Shown: positions 1 through 14,680 of the stretch, one piece after another | Layout of the letters: each line of letters begins with the position of its first letter | How positions within the stretch are numbered: the stretch's first letter is position 1 | Assembly (NCBI GenBank): GCA_044892525.1 | Contig: CM097885.1 | Span: 9,488,001 to 9,552,000 of the forward strand | From: Schmidtea polychroa | Taxonomy: Eukaryota | Direction: 5' to 3' | Length of the DNA stretch: 64,000 nucleotides | Translations under genes and position numbers: made by a program | The notes under the pieces: model-generated | Seen by the model: the letters and a program-made list of their open reading frames with translations, nothing else | What the model was told of the DNA's origin: nothing | Databases searched by the model: none

Positions 1-229
1 TTCAAGGTCATATAATTATTAGTGATCCAGCGGTGACCTGGTTTTCGTTTGCCCCAAAGTTATCGTTCCCATTATCCGAATTTATTATTTGATAGCTTAT
101 TTTGAAGCTTAGTGCAAGATCTATCTACTGATGTATAAATATTATTATTAACATTATTTTACACACGGGGGGGAGAGGGTATATGTGGCCTGGCGGTGAC
201 CTGGTCTGGATGGCCCCAATCATACTACT
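1..229. mobile_element. Right terminus of a short non-autonomous Polinton-type element
   Basis: Ends GGGGGGAGAGGGTATATGTGGCCTGGCGG...CTGGTCTGG...ATCATACTACT at 229, closely matching the right end of the 22356-34649 element. Bases ~15-130 match the internal module at ~23820-23950. Confidence 0.75.
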
Positions 230-335
230 CTTTTATGTCTCTTTTCACATGTCTGATCGAGATTTAAGTGTAACAATGTATAGGCAGAATTTAATTCTCT
301 ACAACATGGCGCAATTACAATTTCAGTTTGATGCT

Positions 336-715
336 TTGTGTGTAATGCACACATGTTTTTACAATAAATTTGTAGTTTTTCGCGCGGTTAACGTAATTTT
401 CTTGGATTTTTATTCATATATTATATAGATAAAATTTAATTTTCTATAAAATAGCTTGATTAAACATTATGTCTAGTATGTTGTGTGTAATACACACATG
501 TTTTTATGATAAATTTGTATTTTTCATACAGTTAACGTAATTTTCTTAGGATTTTATTCATATAATATATAGATAAAATTTAATTTTCTATAAAATGGAT
601 TGATTAGAAATTATGTATCTTGTTTTGTGTGTAATACACACATGTTTTTACGATAAATTTGTATTTATTATACGTTAACGTAATTTCCTTGGATATTTAT
701 TCATATATTATATAT
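336..715. repeat. ~144-bp tandem repeat, about 2.7 copies
   Basis: TGTGTGTAATRCACACATGTTTTTA...ATAAATTTGTA recurs at ~338, ~482 and ~626. Each unit starts with a small TGTGTG/CACACA hairpin. Confidence 0.85.
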
Positions 716-718
716 TAA

Positions 719-3700
719 TATATTAATATAAAAAACACCGATGATTCATGTTTTTTATATAGCATTTTAGCTATTTTAAAATATGATGAGGTTAGTAGTT
801 ATGCTAGAAATAGGACATCCAGTTATAATTTATCTGAATTAATATATAATCCATTGGACTTACCCATGAAATTAAAAGATATTAGAAAATTCGAGGCCAA
901 AAATCCTGGTTTAATAATTAACGTTTTTTCTTATGACAATAACAAACAATTAATAGATAATTACGTTTTAAAACACCCACATTTAGACATTATACATCGT
1001 TCCAAAGTTTTAAATGGAACTGTAATTAATTTACTATTATTAAATAAAGGGAACAATTTCCATTACGTTGCTATAAGCAATTTAAATAGGTTATTGAATT
1101 GTGGTATCAACACTACTTGTCCTACACGCATACGTTCATTATGGTCCCATCGGTGTTTGAATGGGTTTAATAATAGAAACGCACTAGAAAAACATGAAAT
1201 ATTATGCAAACGTAATCAATTAGGAACAACTCTTTATACTTTCCCTCAAAATAAATTCTTACAGTTTACTGACTGGTCGAAAACAGTAACTCCTCCTTTT
1301 GTAGTTTATGCCGATTTTGAGGTTATTTTACCTTCTGATAATGATCATTTTCAGCGACACATGCCAATATCTGCTGGTCTTTTACTAGTAAATAACTTTG
1401 ACGGATCTAAATCTTATCAGCAGTTCATAGGTTTAGATTGCGTCGAGAGTTTTTTAAGTGCTATAGAGGATATAGCATTAAATAAGGTTCTTCCTTTTTA
1501 TTATAAAATGGGTAGGAAACCAATGATTAAATTAACGAAAATTGAGCAACAACAATTCATTAATTCAACGGTTTGTTATCTTTGTTTGAAATCTATCGTG
1601 GATCCTGTTAGAGATCACGATCATTTTATGGGGAAATACTTGGGTGCAGCTTGTAGCACATGTAACGTAAATAGAAAAATAAATAAAATTTTGCCTATCG
1701 TATTTCACAACTTGAAGGGATACGATATGCACCATATACTTAAATTTGGATTAAATAAATTTAAAAATTGGAATTTAGGGTGCATCCCAATAACTACGGA
1801 AAAATTTATATCTTTGATTGCTCATTTAGGTAAAATTAGCCTAAGATTCATTGATTCGTATCAATTTGTCAATGATTCTTTGGCTAAAGCAGTCAAAACT
1901 TTGAATTCTTTGCCTTTTACTAATTCTGCTTTTTCTGGCACCATAGTAAGTGAAAAAGGAATCTTCCCTTATAATTTCGCCACTTCTTTAGATATTCTCC
2001 AAACTACTTATGAATTACCACCAATCTGGGAGGGTGTCACTGAGCTTGAGTATGAAAAAGCTCAGGAGATTTGGGTAGAAACTAATTGCGTAACTTTATT
2101 AGATTATATGATGATCTACCTAAAACTTGATTGTTTTCTTTTGGCTGATTTCTTTCATCAGTTTCGGTTGAAATCCATTGCTCACAATAGATTGGAACCA
2201 TTGAATTATATATCACAATAGATTGGAACCATTGAATTATTTCGGAATTCCAGGCATGTCTTGGTCTTCTGCATTAATGTCTTTAAATGAACCAATTGAA
2301 CTCATAACTGAAAACGAAATGTTTAGCTTTTATGAGGGTGGAATAAGAGGCGGTCTTACTTTTGTGAATAAGCATTACGTAAAAACCGACGAGAACACTG
2401 AGTTACTATATATAGATATTAATAATCTTTATGGCTGGGCTTTAAGTCAATCATTACCTTGTGGCGAATTTTGTTGGGTTCTTGATGGATTTGATAAAAT
2501 AATGGATGAATGTAGGAATTTAAATCTTGAATCTTTGTCTTATGGATACACACTTGAAGTTGATCTTGTAATTCCTTCTGAGCTTCATGATAAGTTGGAT
2601 GATTTCCCTGTAGCTGCTGAAAAAATGAAACCTGCTGGGTCTAAGGTTGAAAAATTATTATTAACTCATCTTCCAAAATCTAATTATGTTATTCATTGGA
2701 GATTATTAAAATTATATTTGGAACTTGGTGTTAAAGTAACACGTGTAAATAGGGGTGTAAGATTTAAGCAATCACCAATTTTTAAAAAATATATAGATAC
2801 AAATACCGAATTAAGATCAAAAAGCGTAAATAGCTTAGATAAAAATTATTATAAATTGCTAAATAATAGTTTATACGGCAAAACAGTTGAAAATTTAAAG
2901 AGAAGAATGAATCTTCGTCTTTGTACAACTGCCGGTAAATTAGTTAAATATTCGTCAAAACCGACTTTTAAAAAATCTATTAAAATAGCAGATAATTTAA
3001 TTGCAGCACTATTGAATTCCGATTCTATATGTTTAGATAGACCGAGTTACATTGGTCAATCTGTACTTGATCTATCTAAACTTAGAATGTATGAATTGCA
3101 ATATAAGGATCTGGAATCAATTCGCAATGAGTTTAATTGTAAAATTAATATCGTTGCAGGTGATACAGATTCTTTTTTCCTCGAAGTCATTAACTGCAAA
3201 CTTGAGGTTCTTTTACCTGCAATGGTTCGAGATAATTTATTGGATACTTCCAATTACAATAGTTGTCATTCCTTATATAGTAAGAACCTTGATTCAGTCA
3301 TTGGAAAGTTCAAAGACGAGAATAAAGGTCTTAAATATAAGGAGTGGGTTTTTCTTAGACCTAAATGTTATAGCTTGTTGAGTGATGAGGAAACAAAAAA
3401 GGCTAAAGGTGTAACATTGAAAGGTAGTGACATAAAACATCAGTCATACCTGGATTGTTATAACACTAACCAGATTTTTTCGGTTCCTCAGACTAAAATA
3501 ACAAGCAAAAATCATCAAATTTTTACAATTAAAAACACAAAAATAGCACTAACTAACAAAGATGACAAAAGGGTTTGGGTGGGGAAAAATACTAGTCTTG
3601 CATATGGGCATGTAAGATTAAGTGAATTAAATATTGGAGAAAATGTTGGAGAAATTGTTGCAGAAAATGTTTCAGAAAATGTTGGAGAAAATGATGGAGA

Positions 3701-3779
3701 AGATGAGGAAGAATTAAATGAAGATTTTGGAGAAGATGACATCGATATCGATGACGTTATTTTGTCCGATGAGGACTAA
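719..3779 (+). pseudogene. Protein-primed family B DNA polymerase (pPolB), Polinton/adintovirus type; 5'-truncated and split by one frameshift
   Basis: The frame is open from 719 (INIKNTDDSCFLYSILAIL). Motifs: VVYADFE (Exo I), endonuclease VII-like CYLC...DHDHFMGKYLGAACSTCN, FHNLKGYD (Exo II), FIDSY, KGIFPY, GIRGG, YIDINNLYG (region A), KLLNNSLYGK (region B), GDTDS (region C), PKCY, KAKGV, DDKR. A 28-bp tandem duplication plus ATA (2182-2240) shifts the frame between ORFs 854-2221 and 2223-3779. Confidence 0.93.
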
Positions 3780-3819
3780 TTTTATTGAATAAATTTTATA
3801 TCTTTACATTTGTTATTTG

Positions 3820-3966
3820 GTAAATTTTTATGTTTGTTATGTGTCTAGTTCATTTTTATGTGTTTAGTTAATGTTTATATGTTTTGTTATGTGTCTAGTT
3901 ATTTTTATGTGTTTAGTTAATTTTTTATGTGTTGTATAGTATTTGGTTGATATATTATTAATATTA

Positions 3967-4022
<56 letters not shown>

Positions 4023-4600
4023 TCATAAAAATTTTCATTAAAAATTATCTTAAAAATTATTCTATTAAAATTTCCATTAAAAATTACCATTGAAAATTAT
4101 TCATAAAAATTTCTATTAAAAATTACTTAAAAAATAATTCATTAAAATTTCCATTAAAAAATTTCAATTCTCAAACACCTTCTATTTTTGTTAATAAATT
4201 TAAAAATCTTACTTTAATTTACTTATTACATTACTTTAATTTACTTATTTAAAAATTATTACTTTAATTTTAAAATTTTTGACCTTAATTAACTTTAATT
4301 TAATTTTTAGAACCATAATTTACTTTAATTTTAAAATTTTTGACCATTATTTACTGTAATTTAATTTTTAGAACCATTATTTACTGTAATTTAAAATATT
4401 TGGACCATTATTTACTTTAATTTAATTTTTTAGAACCATTATTTACTTTAATTGAAAAATCTTAGCCCATAATTTACTTATTTAGACCATAATTTACTTT
4501 ATTTCAAAAATAAATCTGAACCTTGATTTACTTAAATTTTTAGACCCATCATTTACTTTATTTTTAAATTTTAGACCCATAATTTGCTTTATTTTAAAAA
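3820..4600. repeat. Subterminal low-complexity tandem arrays
   Basis: TTTTTATGTGT(T/C)TAGTT repeats, (TTA)n at ~3968-4022, ~20-bp TTAAAAATT units, and ~30-bp ACCATTATTTACTTTAATTT units. Confidence 0.75.
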
Positions 4601-5749
4601 TTTACTATGCGTTTTTTTAATGTAAACCACCTTTTCTATTGAAATTCTCATGACCAAGAGGATCCCCTCACTATAGTGTGAAAAATCCATGCTTTTTTAT
4701 TGAAGACTACCTTTTTCTATTGAAATTCTCAGGACCAAGGAGACCCACCCAAATAATATTTATCCTTGGCTTGTTTATTGAAAAAAAAAAAAAAAAAAAA
4801 AAATTTGTATTTAAAATCCCAGAAAACATTGGGCATTACGGCAACAATTATGTAATCAAAAAATGTCTACGGAAAAAGTTATGCAATCAAAAGTTTGCAA
4901 CATTTTTTACCCCCCCCCCCCCCTATTGCTGCCGTAAGCCACTAACTACCTACTCAATATAGTGTGTGTGTTTGACCTACTTATTTATAAACTATATAGT
5001 TTTGACCAACTTCTTTTAAAAACTATATAGTCGTGACCTACTTAATTTTAACATGACCTTCATATTTTATATAGTGTCCTGGAGGTGACACGTGTTTAAA
5101 GTAAGTTGACCTACCTAAAAACTTAGAAATATTTATGAAAATATCGATAAAATCAGTCCAATTTCATAAAAACTTAGAAAAATTTCGCTAGAAACCATGG
5201 AAAAATAGTGAAGATTCAAAAAATTTGACTTGACCTACATATTTTTAACTTTAAAAAATAAATTTTTTTTAGCTAAATATTTTTTCCCCCGGGTGGAGGG
5301 GGATTGTGTCCTGGAGATTACATATCCTACTACTTATAATATAGTTTTTCAATATTTTAAATTTTCGTGTCGGCCCCTGCTAGGAAAAAAAATTCAAATT
5401 TTATTCTATTATAATAAATATTTTCAATACATAAATTTTATTATTAACTCAAAAAGTATAATTTAATTTTGAAAAATAAAAAATAATTTAAATAGAAAAA
5501 ATTATAAATTAACTAAATTTTTATTTAATTTCCTAAGCTAAGTTTAATAGGTCTACTCAATGATTTAATCAAATTGACAAGAGATAAAGTACCAGAATTA
5601 TATCTTTCCTTTGTATTAGTAATGTTGTTGTAGTTCTTGAAATTTAATTATGATATCTGCTATCGTCTGTATATCAATAAGGAAAGGTTTGTCAGAACCT
5701 AACAGAGTCTCCTGTAAAAATCTGTGTCGGGACTGTTAGGGTGCATGTA

Positions 5750-6218
5750 TGTAATGCGAATAAAATGATAATAATAATAAGTGCAACAAGAATAACAAAA
5801 TGATTAAAAAATTAACAACTTAAAAATTGTAACTTTATTAATAAACAGAAGCTACTTGGTGTGCCGGGGAGTATTGACTTCGGATTCACAACAAAAATAT
5901 CTAAATGATCTCAATCTACTGATGAGCTTGACGTCGAATTTTCTTTTGCAAGCTTTAGGAACTCCAATTTTGTGTTGTATATAGTTTTCGAAATGATTTT
6001 CCACAGTATTTATAATAATATCAAATTGTTAGTTTTTAGGTTTTGAAAGAATTATTTGCTTAATCTTTTTTTCGATTTTCTTCTTTTTCTGTCAATTTTT
6101 ATATATCGATGATTCACTATGGTAAATTATCGCTATATAGTTTTTTAAATCTTTTTTTACACGCAACTTGCGTCAACAGAACGAAACAACAAAAAATATA
6201 ATTTAACAATGCATTACA
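5750..6218. mobile_element. Possible solo LTR
   Basis: Bounded by the 8-bp inverted termini TGTAATGC...GCATTACA (TG...CA). The TSD is imperfect. Confidence 0.4.
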
Positions 6219-7244
6219 AGTAATATATTCATGGCATAAAAAAATAAAATTTGATAAATAAAACGATTTTTTATTTAAAAACGTTTAAATCAATAAATAA
6301 ATATAAATGGTTTATTTTTATGCTATTTTTAGTTATTAATTTAAAATTTAATTAAATTTATAGAATAAATTTTGAAATTTTTTTTTCCTAGAAAAGCGAT
6401 TTACTAACAAGGGGCTTGGACCCTAGATTTTAATTCAAATTGTTACCTGTTTACATTGATGTATTACTGATAAATAAACAAAGATATTTTAAAATGTTTA
6501 GGTCTTGATTTGACCGAAGAATAACTAAAAATTCAATTAATAAAACATTGAATAAAGAGAAGTAGTTATTAATTAATAAGTGCAAGTTGAAAATAGAAGT
6601 TGAAAGACATAAACAAAAATGGACAACGAATTCTTCTTATCTTGATAGTTTGACTAAGATAGCGAAATGCGCGAGACGGAAGCTAGAGGGAAAGCCAGAA
6701 ATATATAGGTTAACTAATAAAAATATCAAGTATAATTCAACGTCAAGACTATAAAAACCAAAGCAGAAATCGAAAAACGGCATAAAAAGACAACGAATAT
6801 ATATTAAAGGTGATATAAAAAACAATTGAAAGGAAGTCTACAATTTGAGAGAATTTGAGGAAATTCGGAAATATTTCAATTGTGCATTTTTAATAAATTA
6901 TAAAGGAAAATCACAAAGTCAAAACAAAGAAAACAATCAAGTTAAAAGTGTCGAGATTTTTAATTTAAGTGATTGTGAATCTAATATTTGTTGAACATTG
7001 CTATTCCTCACTAAGTGTTGCAGTAAGCACTAATATTATTGAGCTTCCTAATAATTCAATATATCACAACACTTTTTCATTGTCTGAAGGTTTACTTTCT
7101 AAACTCTCAATAATTTACTTTTTATTTTATTCGGATATTAACTTGTTGGGATTCAGTTTTCATGAAGTTGGTTTTCTGGATATAGCCTTAATTTCTGACA
7201 AAAAACATGGCTTATTAAAAAATTTAATAAATGTTATATTTTAG

Positions 7245-7557
7245 GTCATTTATTCTAGAAACGTTTCTGGAGGATAAAATCGGTGGAAACTGTGTAACGA
7301 ATATCTTACTTTGCGTATCGGCTCAATGGCCAACTGAAACATTTGGTTCAATATTTAAGATACTCAATAAATTAGCAAAAATACAAAATTATCCAATTGT
7401 AAATACAGAGAATGCAAGGTGGCTAATAAATAAATCCCGTCATCGTGTAATCGGACCTAATCTCAGAAATAATTTCATAGATGAAGAGAAATCGCGTATT
7501 CCCCATGGATCTAAATCGTCTCTTGTCGAAGAAATTAATTTCATTAAGTCCGAAAAT
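7245..7557 (+). CDS. Exon encoding the end of a divergent kinesin-like motor domain plus neck coil; probably an upstream exon of the CCDC78-like gene
   Basis: TTTAG acceptor and GTAAGT donor. LETFLEDKIGGNCVTNILLCVS...LAKIQNYPIVN resembles kinesin LTxLLxDSLGGNCxTxMIxxxS...AKxIxNxPxVN. The phase-0 end (IKSEN) joins in frame to exon 16173 (IRLRDKVEDLQ). Confidence 0.55.
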
Positions 7558-8844
7558 GTAAGTTGTAGTTCTTTGTAATGCGATTTACCCCTGAGCAGTT
7601 ATTTTCTGCGTCATATTTCTAAAATTCTTTTTTCGATTAATTTATTTTTTTGTTTTAATAAATATTTCCTTGAAATCTCAATGCAACATTTTTAGAACAT
7701 TTTTATTTTACTAAAATATATTTATTTTTTGTCTGAATCAGGACGATATTCAGAAAGATATCTAAAAAATCTTTGAAAAAAGACAGTGCTGAAAATTTGT
7801 GTTAATTATAGAACAAAATAATGATTTATAAAGGTGTTTGGCAACCATTTTACTTTCTTTCCATTTCATTATTTATTTAAATGAAAAGTTTCGTTGAATT
7901 TAACAAGTTTAAAGTTTTCAAATGCAAACACATCCACCAATTGTTTTAAATAATATATTAGTAAAATAATTTATCTTTTCTTTCACCTTTGATCTGTTTT
8001 TATTTTCATTTTCATTTGTCATGCCAGTTGCGATTCCACCTTTAATGTATATCTTATTTGTGTTAAAGGAATCCAATACCGGAGCAAAAATCAATACTGG
8101 TATTTCGGTATTAAATAATAGCAGTAGATGGATTGGGCACCGCCAGAACAGGACTCCGCTGGCACAGTACCCCCCCCCCACCCCCCGGCCGGAAAAATTA
8201 AAAAAAAATTTTTTTTCAAGGTCAACTTGAGAACAAAGACAATGAGTCATCCGATGACTCATACAACAAAGACAATGACTCATAAAAATTATTATTATTT
8301 TTCAAAAATATTATTAACTGTGCCAGAGGAGTCCTACTTTTCGTCAACCCAAAACATAGTCTGAAACTTAAAATATTTAAACGATTTATAGTTCACTTTG
8401 AAGCCCAGACGGAGACAAATCCTTTGAGCTATCGAAATAATTTTTATCATAATTATTATAAAAGTTATTAATTTTTTAGTCCGACACTGATTGATGAAAA
8501 AATTATTATTATTTTTCAAAAATATTATTAACTGTGCCAGCGGAGTCCTACTTTTCGTTTGTTTAAATCGTTAATTATATAATAATTTTTTTTTGTTTTA
8601 ATTATCAATTCCACAATAATTTCATTTTGTTTAAATCGTTGATTATATTTTTTTTTGTTTTAATTATCAATTACACAATAATTTAATTTTGTTTAAATCG
8701 TTGATTATATTATTTTTTTTTGTTTTAATTATCGATTACGTTTGTTTACATTATCGATTATGTAATTATTTAATTTATCATTATTATTGGGAAAGAACGC
8801 CCGCGCGGAAGATTAAAATTATTATTATTATTTTCAAAGTCTTA

Positions 8845-11320
<2,476 letters not shown>

Positions 11321-11718
11321 TACTCCTAGTCTATCCGACAAAATATTTTGTCCCCCTATGGGTACTGCTCACACTCAACAGGTTGCAAGGGTACTAGTCA
11401 TGCTTATTGTTATACAATATGATATTACTTAGACATTTGAAGGTTCAACCATGGTTACAATTTCTACATTTTGAAAACACTAATTTGATTGGCTATCTCA
11501 ATCGTTATAAATGTAAAAAACAAAAGTAATTTAGTTATTAAGAAATTTATTTATTACTGATGATTTCTACAAGTATGAATATGAATGTGTAAATCACAAA
11601 ACACATTTGGTAACTTTATTATTTTGTCAATATTTTATATATATGTCATTTATAGCAAGGAAATCCTACTAGAAATAAGGAAAAATTAAGTCCAACCTAT
11701 TCCGAAGATAAGCGTTTA

Positions 11719-12207
11719 TTGAAATTTTTCAACAACACAGTTGAAGATTTTATAAATAATTTAACTTACACTGATAAGCAAATCATAAATATTTTAAAAA
11801 TTTTCAAACATTCCTCTATTGAATATTTGATTGATTTATTTAATTATGATAAATGCATTTTGAAGTTATCTAGTTATTTAATGTATTTAGAAAAAACAGT
11901 GGTAAACAACGATTCACTGAATGAATACTTTTGGAGTTGCATGTATTTAAGGTTGAAACCGGGATATAGTAGATTGATTTATGAATGGATAGCAAAAGCC
12001 GACTTGATTGAAAATAAGCTAACGGAAAAACTGAACGATGTTAAGAAAAGGTATTTAACTTGTTCAATTTGTAAAGAAAATCAAGTTTCGGTTTTGTATT
12101 TACCGTGTGGTCACGTAATTGTTTGTTCTAAGTGTCACGAGAAGAATGTTCACAATTGTCAAGCCTGTTCAACACTGATTAATGAATATCATAATATATA
12201 CATGTAA
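11719..12207 (+). CDS. Intronless protein with a C-terminal IAP-type C3HC4 RING finger (element cargo, possibly 5'-damaged)
   Basis: CSICKENQVSVLYLPCGHVIVCSKC...CQAC...IYM* fits the IAP/MDM2-type RING pattern. The frame is open from 11656 with no ATG until late. No BIR domain is visible. Confidence 0.75.
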   Translation: MKFFNNTVEDFINNLTYTDKQIINILKIFKHSSIEYLIDLFNYDKCILKLSSYLMYLEKTVVNNDSLNEYFWSCMYLRLKPGYSRLIYEWIAKADLIENKLTEKLNDVKKRYLTCSICKENQVSVLYLPCGHVIVCSKCHEKNVHNCQACSTLINEYHNIYM

Positions 12208-14613
12208 GTTCTCAATACAAATCAATACAATATCAAAGTTAAATGAATTATTACCATCCATAATGACGGTACTATAATGTAGAAAATTTTCAAACATTGA
12301 ATAATATGAAATCATCTTGGTAATTAAATATATTGGGCGCAACTACCAAATGTTGGTGATATGATGAATGGAATGGTTTGGTATTTATAATATATGATAT
12401 TATTTTAGATTATTCAGAATGAAATATACCCATGAGTTCATCAAAATGGAAAAAAAGATCTTCGCAAAAACCATGATGTTGGAAAAGCAGAAGAAACCCT
12501 AACCAATATTTTAAAGCTGCCATTATAAGTTGCAGTAGTATTGGTTATTATTGTTTCGTAAATAAATGTTTTTATAAATTTATTGTTTTATTGTAATACT
12601 TTTTGATTAAAACATATTCATTTTGTTTTAATATTTGTATTAATTTTTGAAATAGTGCTATTTATATATATGGAAATTTGCATTTCATGAAATATTCATA
12701 ATGATGCTTTTCTCTGTCCATTCATTCTCCTCTGATATTACTGCCATAATCATCTTCGACATAATGCAAAGATAATATTTCTAATGTCTTTGTTAATCAT
12801 GCCCATTTATTGCAAAGTCTTTGTTAATTATGCACTTGTATTGCAAATTTATTAGTCATACAATTATATTATTTTTTCATACCCTGACATAATATTATTT
12901 TATTTTCATTATTATTTTGTTTAACAATACCATATAGCAAATATTTAGGCAATTTAGTGAAAGGGTATTTTAAATATAGGAATTTCTTAAGTAAAATAGA
13001 TAAATTAACCTATTTAGTTAGAAATCCATGTTTTTGGTCGTACCATTTAATTAAAATATTCTTGGATTCATAACAATTTTTATATAGTTGATACATAAAC
13101 CAATTATTTAACTAGAAACATAACAGAATTCGTAGGTAATATAGTATTTTTGTGTATTTTTTAGTTAATTTATAAATATTATCTAACATTTTGATGTATC
13201 AATGCAATATACAACAAATTAATCAATAAAAACCATAGCATATTGTAAGTTTTTATATATATAGTCTGAATTTATCCGACAAAATATTCTGCCCCCCTAT
13301 GTGTATTTGTCGTAAGGGTACTGGTCACATTCAACATGTCGCAAGGGTATATTAATTAAGGCATATGTATATTAGTTAAACATTCTTAGGTAATTTAGTG
13401 AGAAATGCATAATCATTAATAACAACATATATTCATTGATAATTTTGGTAGAAAGTCTTTATCATTTGGAGTAAATTTCTGTCTTTGTTCGAGTCAAAAA
13501 GGAATCATAATAGAAACATGATCATTTGGTTATCATTTAACCAATTAAGGTGCTTATTTGTTAGAAATATAGGGTTACAATTCTTTTCTAATTTAATGAG
13601 ATGACCATTGCGTGTAATATATCTTTGTGAGAAATATATGGTTAACATTTTTAAATAGGGATTTTTGAGTAACTTTTACCAAAACAGGGATATTTTGCGT
13701 GAATAATTTAAGAATATTGGTTAATTTTCTCTTTTTCAGTCATTTAAAATAATATTTAACAAAGGTAATTTAGCAAAATATCATTGAAAGATTTATCCAT
13801 TCGATAACAATATTCCTTCAATAGATTGTACCCTTTATTCAACCGATTTAATTTCTAGAAATCTAATTAAAATCTTACCATCAAATACCTAACTAGAGAT
13901 GAAATATTGATCATAATTCTTCATCGATTCAGCCAATTATATAGCAATTATATCTTTCAAAATCACAAATTTCAGTATATTTTACAATAATTTTCAAGTA
14001 GATTTCAAATATATCATCATGATAAAATTAGCTGGTTTCAACTTTCGATTTTCAATATTTAAAAGTTCATCAATATTCGTAGAAAATATATGAAAAAATT
14101 ATTTAGTCAATATCATTACAAAGTCAACATAAAAATTAAATAATAATCACTTGATTATTGTAAAAACTCTAATTATTAACCTAACTGTCATTAAAAATAA
14201 TTTTTATTTAAAATTTAAAAACAAGTCAATAAAATATAGCAAATTATCAAGAAATTAATTAAATTTGTCTTAGAATTAACACTAAAACCTTAAATTTTAA
14301 ATATTCTTTCAAATAATAGAAATAATTATTTCAATTGTATAGAAATAATGTAAGTAAAATCCCGCTAACTCTAAAAATTACCAATGAATTTAATGCTAAA
14401 TAATAACCAAAAATTTGCCTAAATAAAATCATTAAAACACACCAGTACCTTTACGACCAGTACCCTTACGAGCAGTACCAATTGTGAACAGTACCCATAG
14501 AGGGAGAAAATATCTTGTCGGATAAACTCAGAGTATATATAATAAAACGAATTAACAATAACTCCATCAAATTGAATCAGTCAAATTTTGATAAAAAAAA
14601 TCTTATTCTATAG

Positions 14614-14680
14614 CAGAGCTTTCCAACCGGTGTGTCGCGACACTCTAGTGTGTCGGCAGCGCTGCATAGGTGTCTCGCGT
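14614..14680 (+). mobile_element. hAT (Charlie/Buster-like) terminal sequence
   Basis: CAGAGCTTTCCAACCGGTGTGTCGCGACAC is preceded by TTCTATAG, which fits the NNNTANNN target pattern. The partner end was not found. Confidence 0.55.

Larger units (their letters stand above)
719..5334 (+). mobile_element. Polinton/Maverick-like element remnant: pPolB, subterminal repeat arrays and a right terminus
   Basis: pPolB is followed by short tandem arrays (3820-4600) and ends TTTTTCCCCCGGGTGGAGGGGG...CCTGGAGATTACATATCCTACTACT at 5334, the same architecture as the other ACTACT termini. The left boundary was not identified. Confidence 0.7.

Noticed and set aside
245..340. QFQFDAL as a possible first kinesin exon
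   Set aside because: The similarity is too short and no clear splice sites support it.
3052..3742. Alternative-frame and antisense ORFs within pPolB
   Set aside because: Shadow ORFs of the polymerase reading frame.
4905..4954. Possible extra Polinton end (...ACTACCTACT)
   Set aside because: It is preceded by a C run rather than the G run seen at the other right termini. 5334 fits better.
5915..5945. CTGATGAG...CGAA hammerhead-like string
   Set aside because: No convincing stem II, the GAAA box is broken, and there is no stem I/III.
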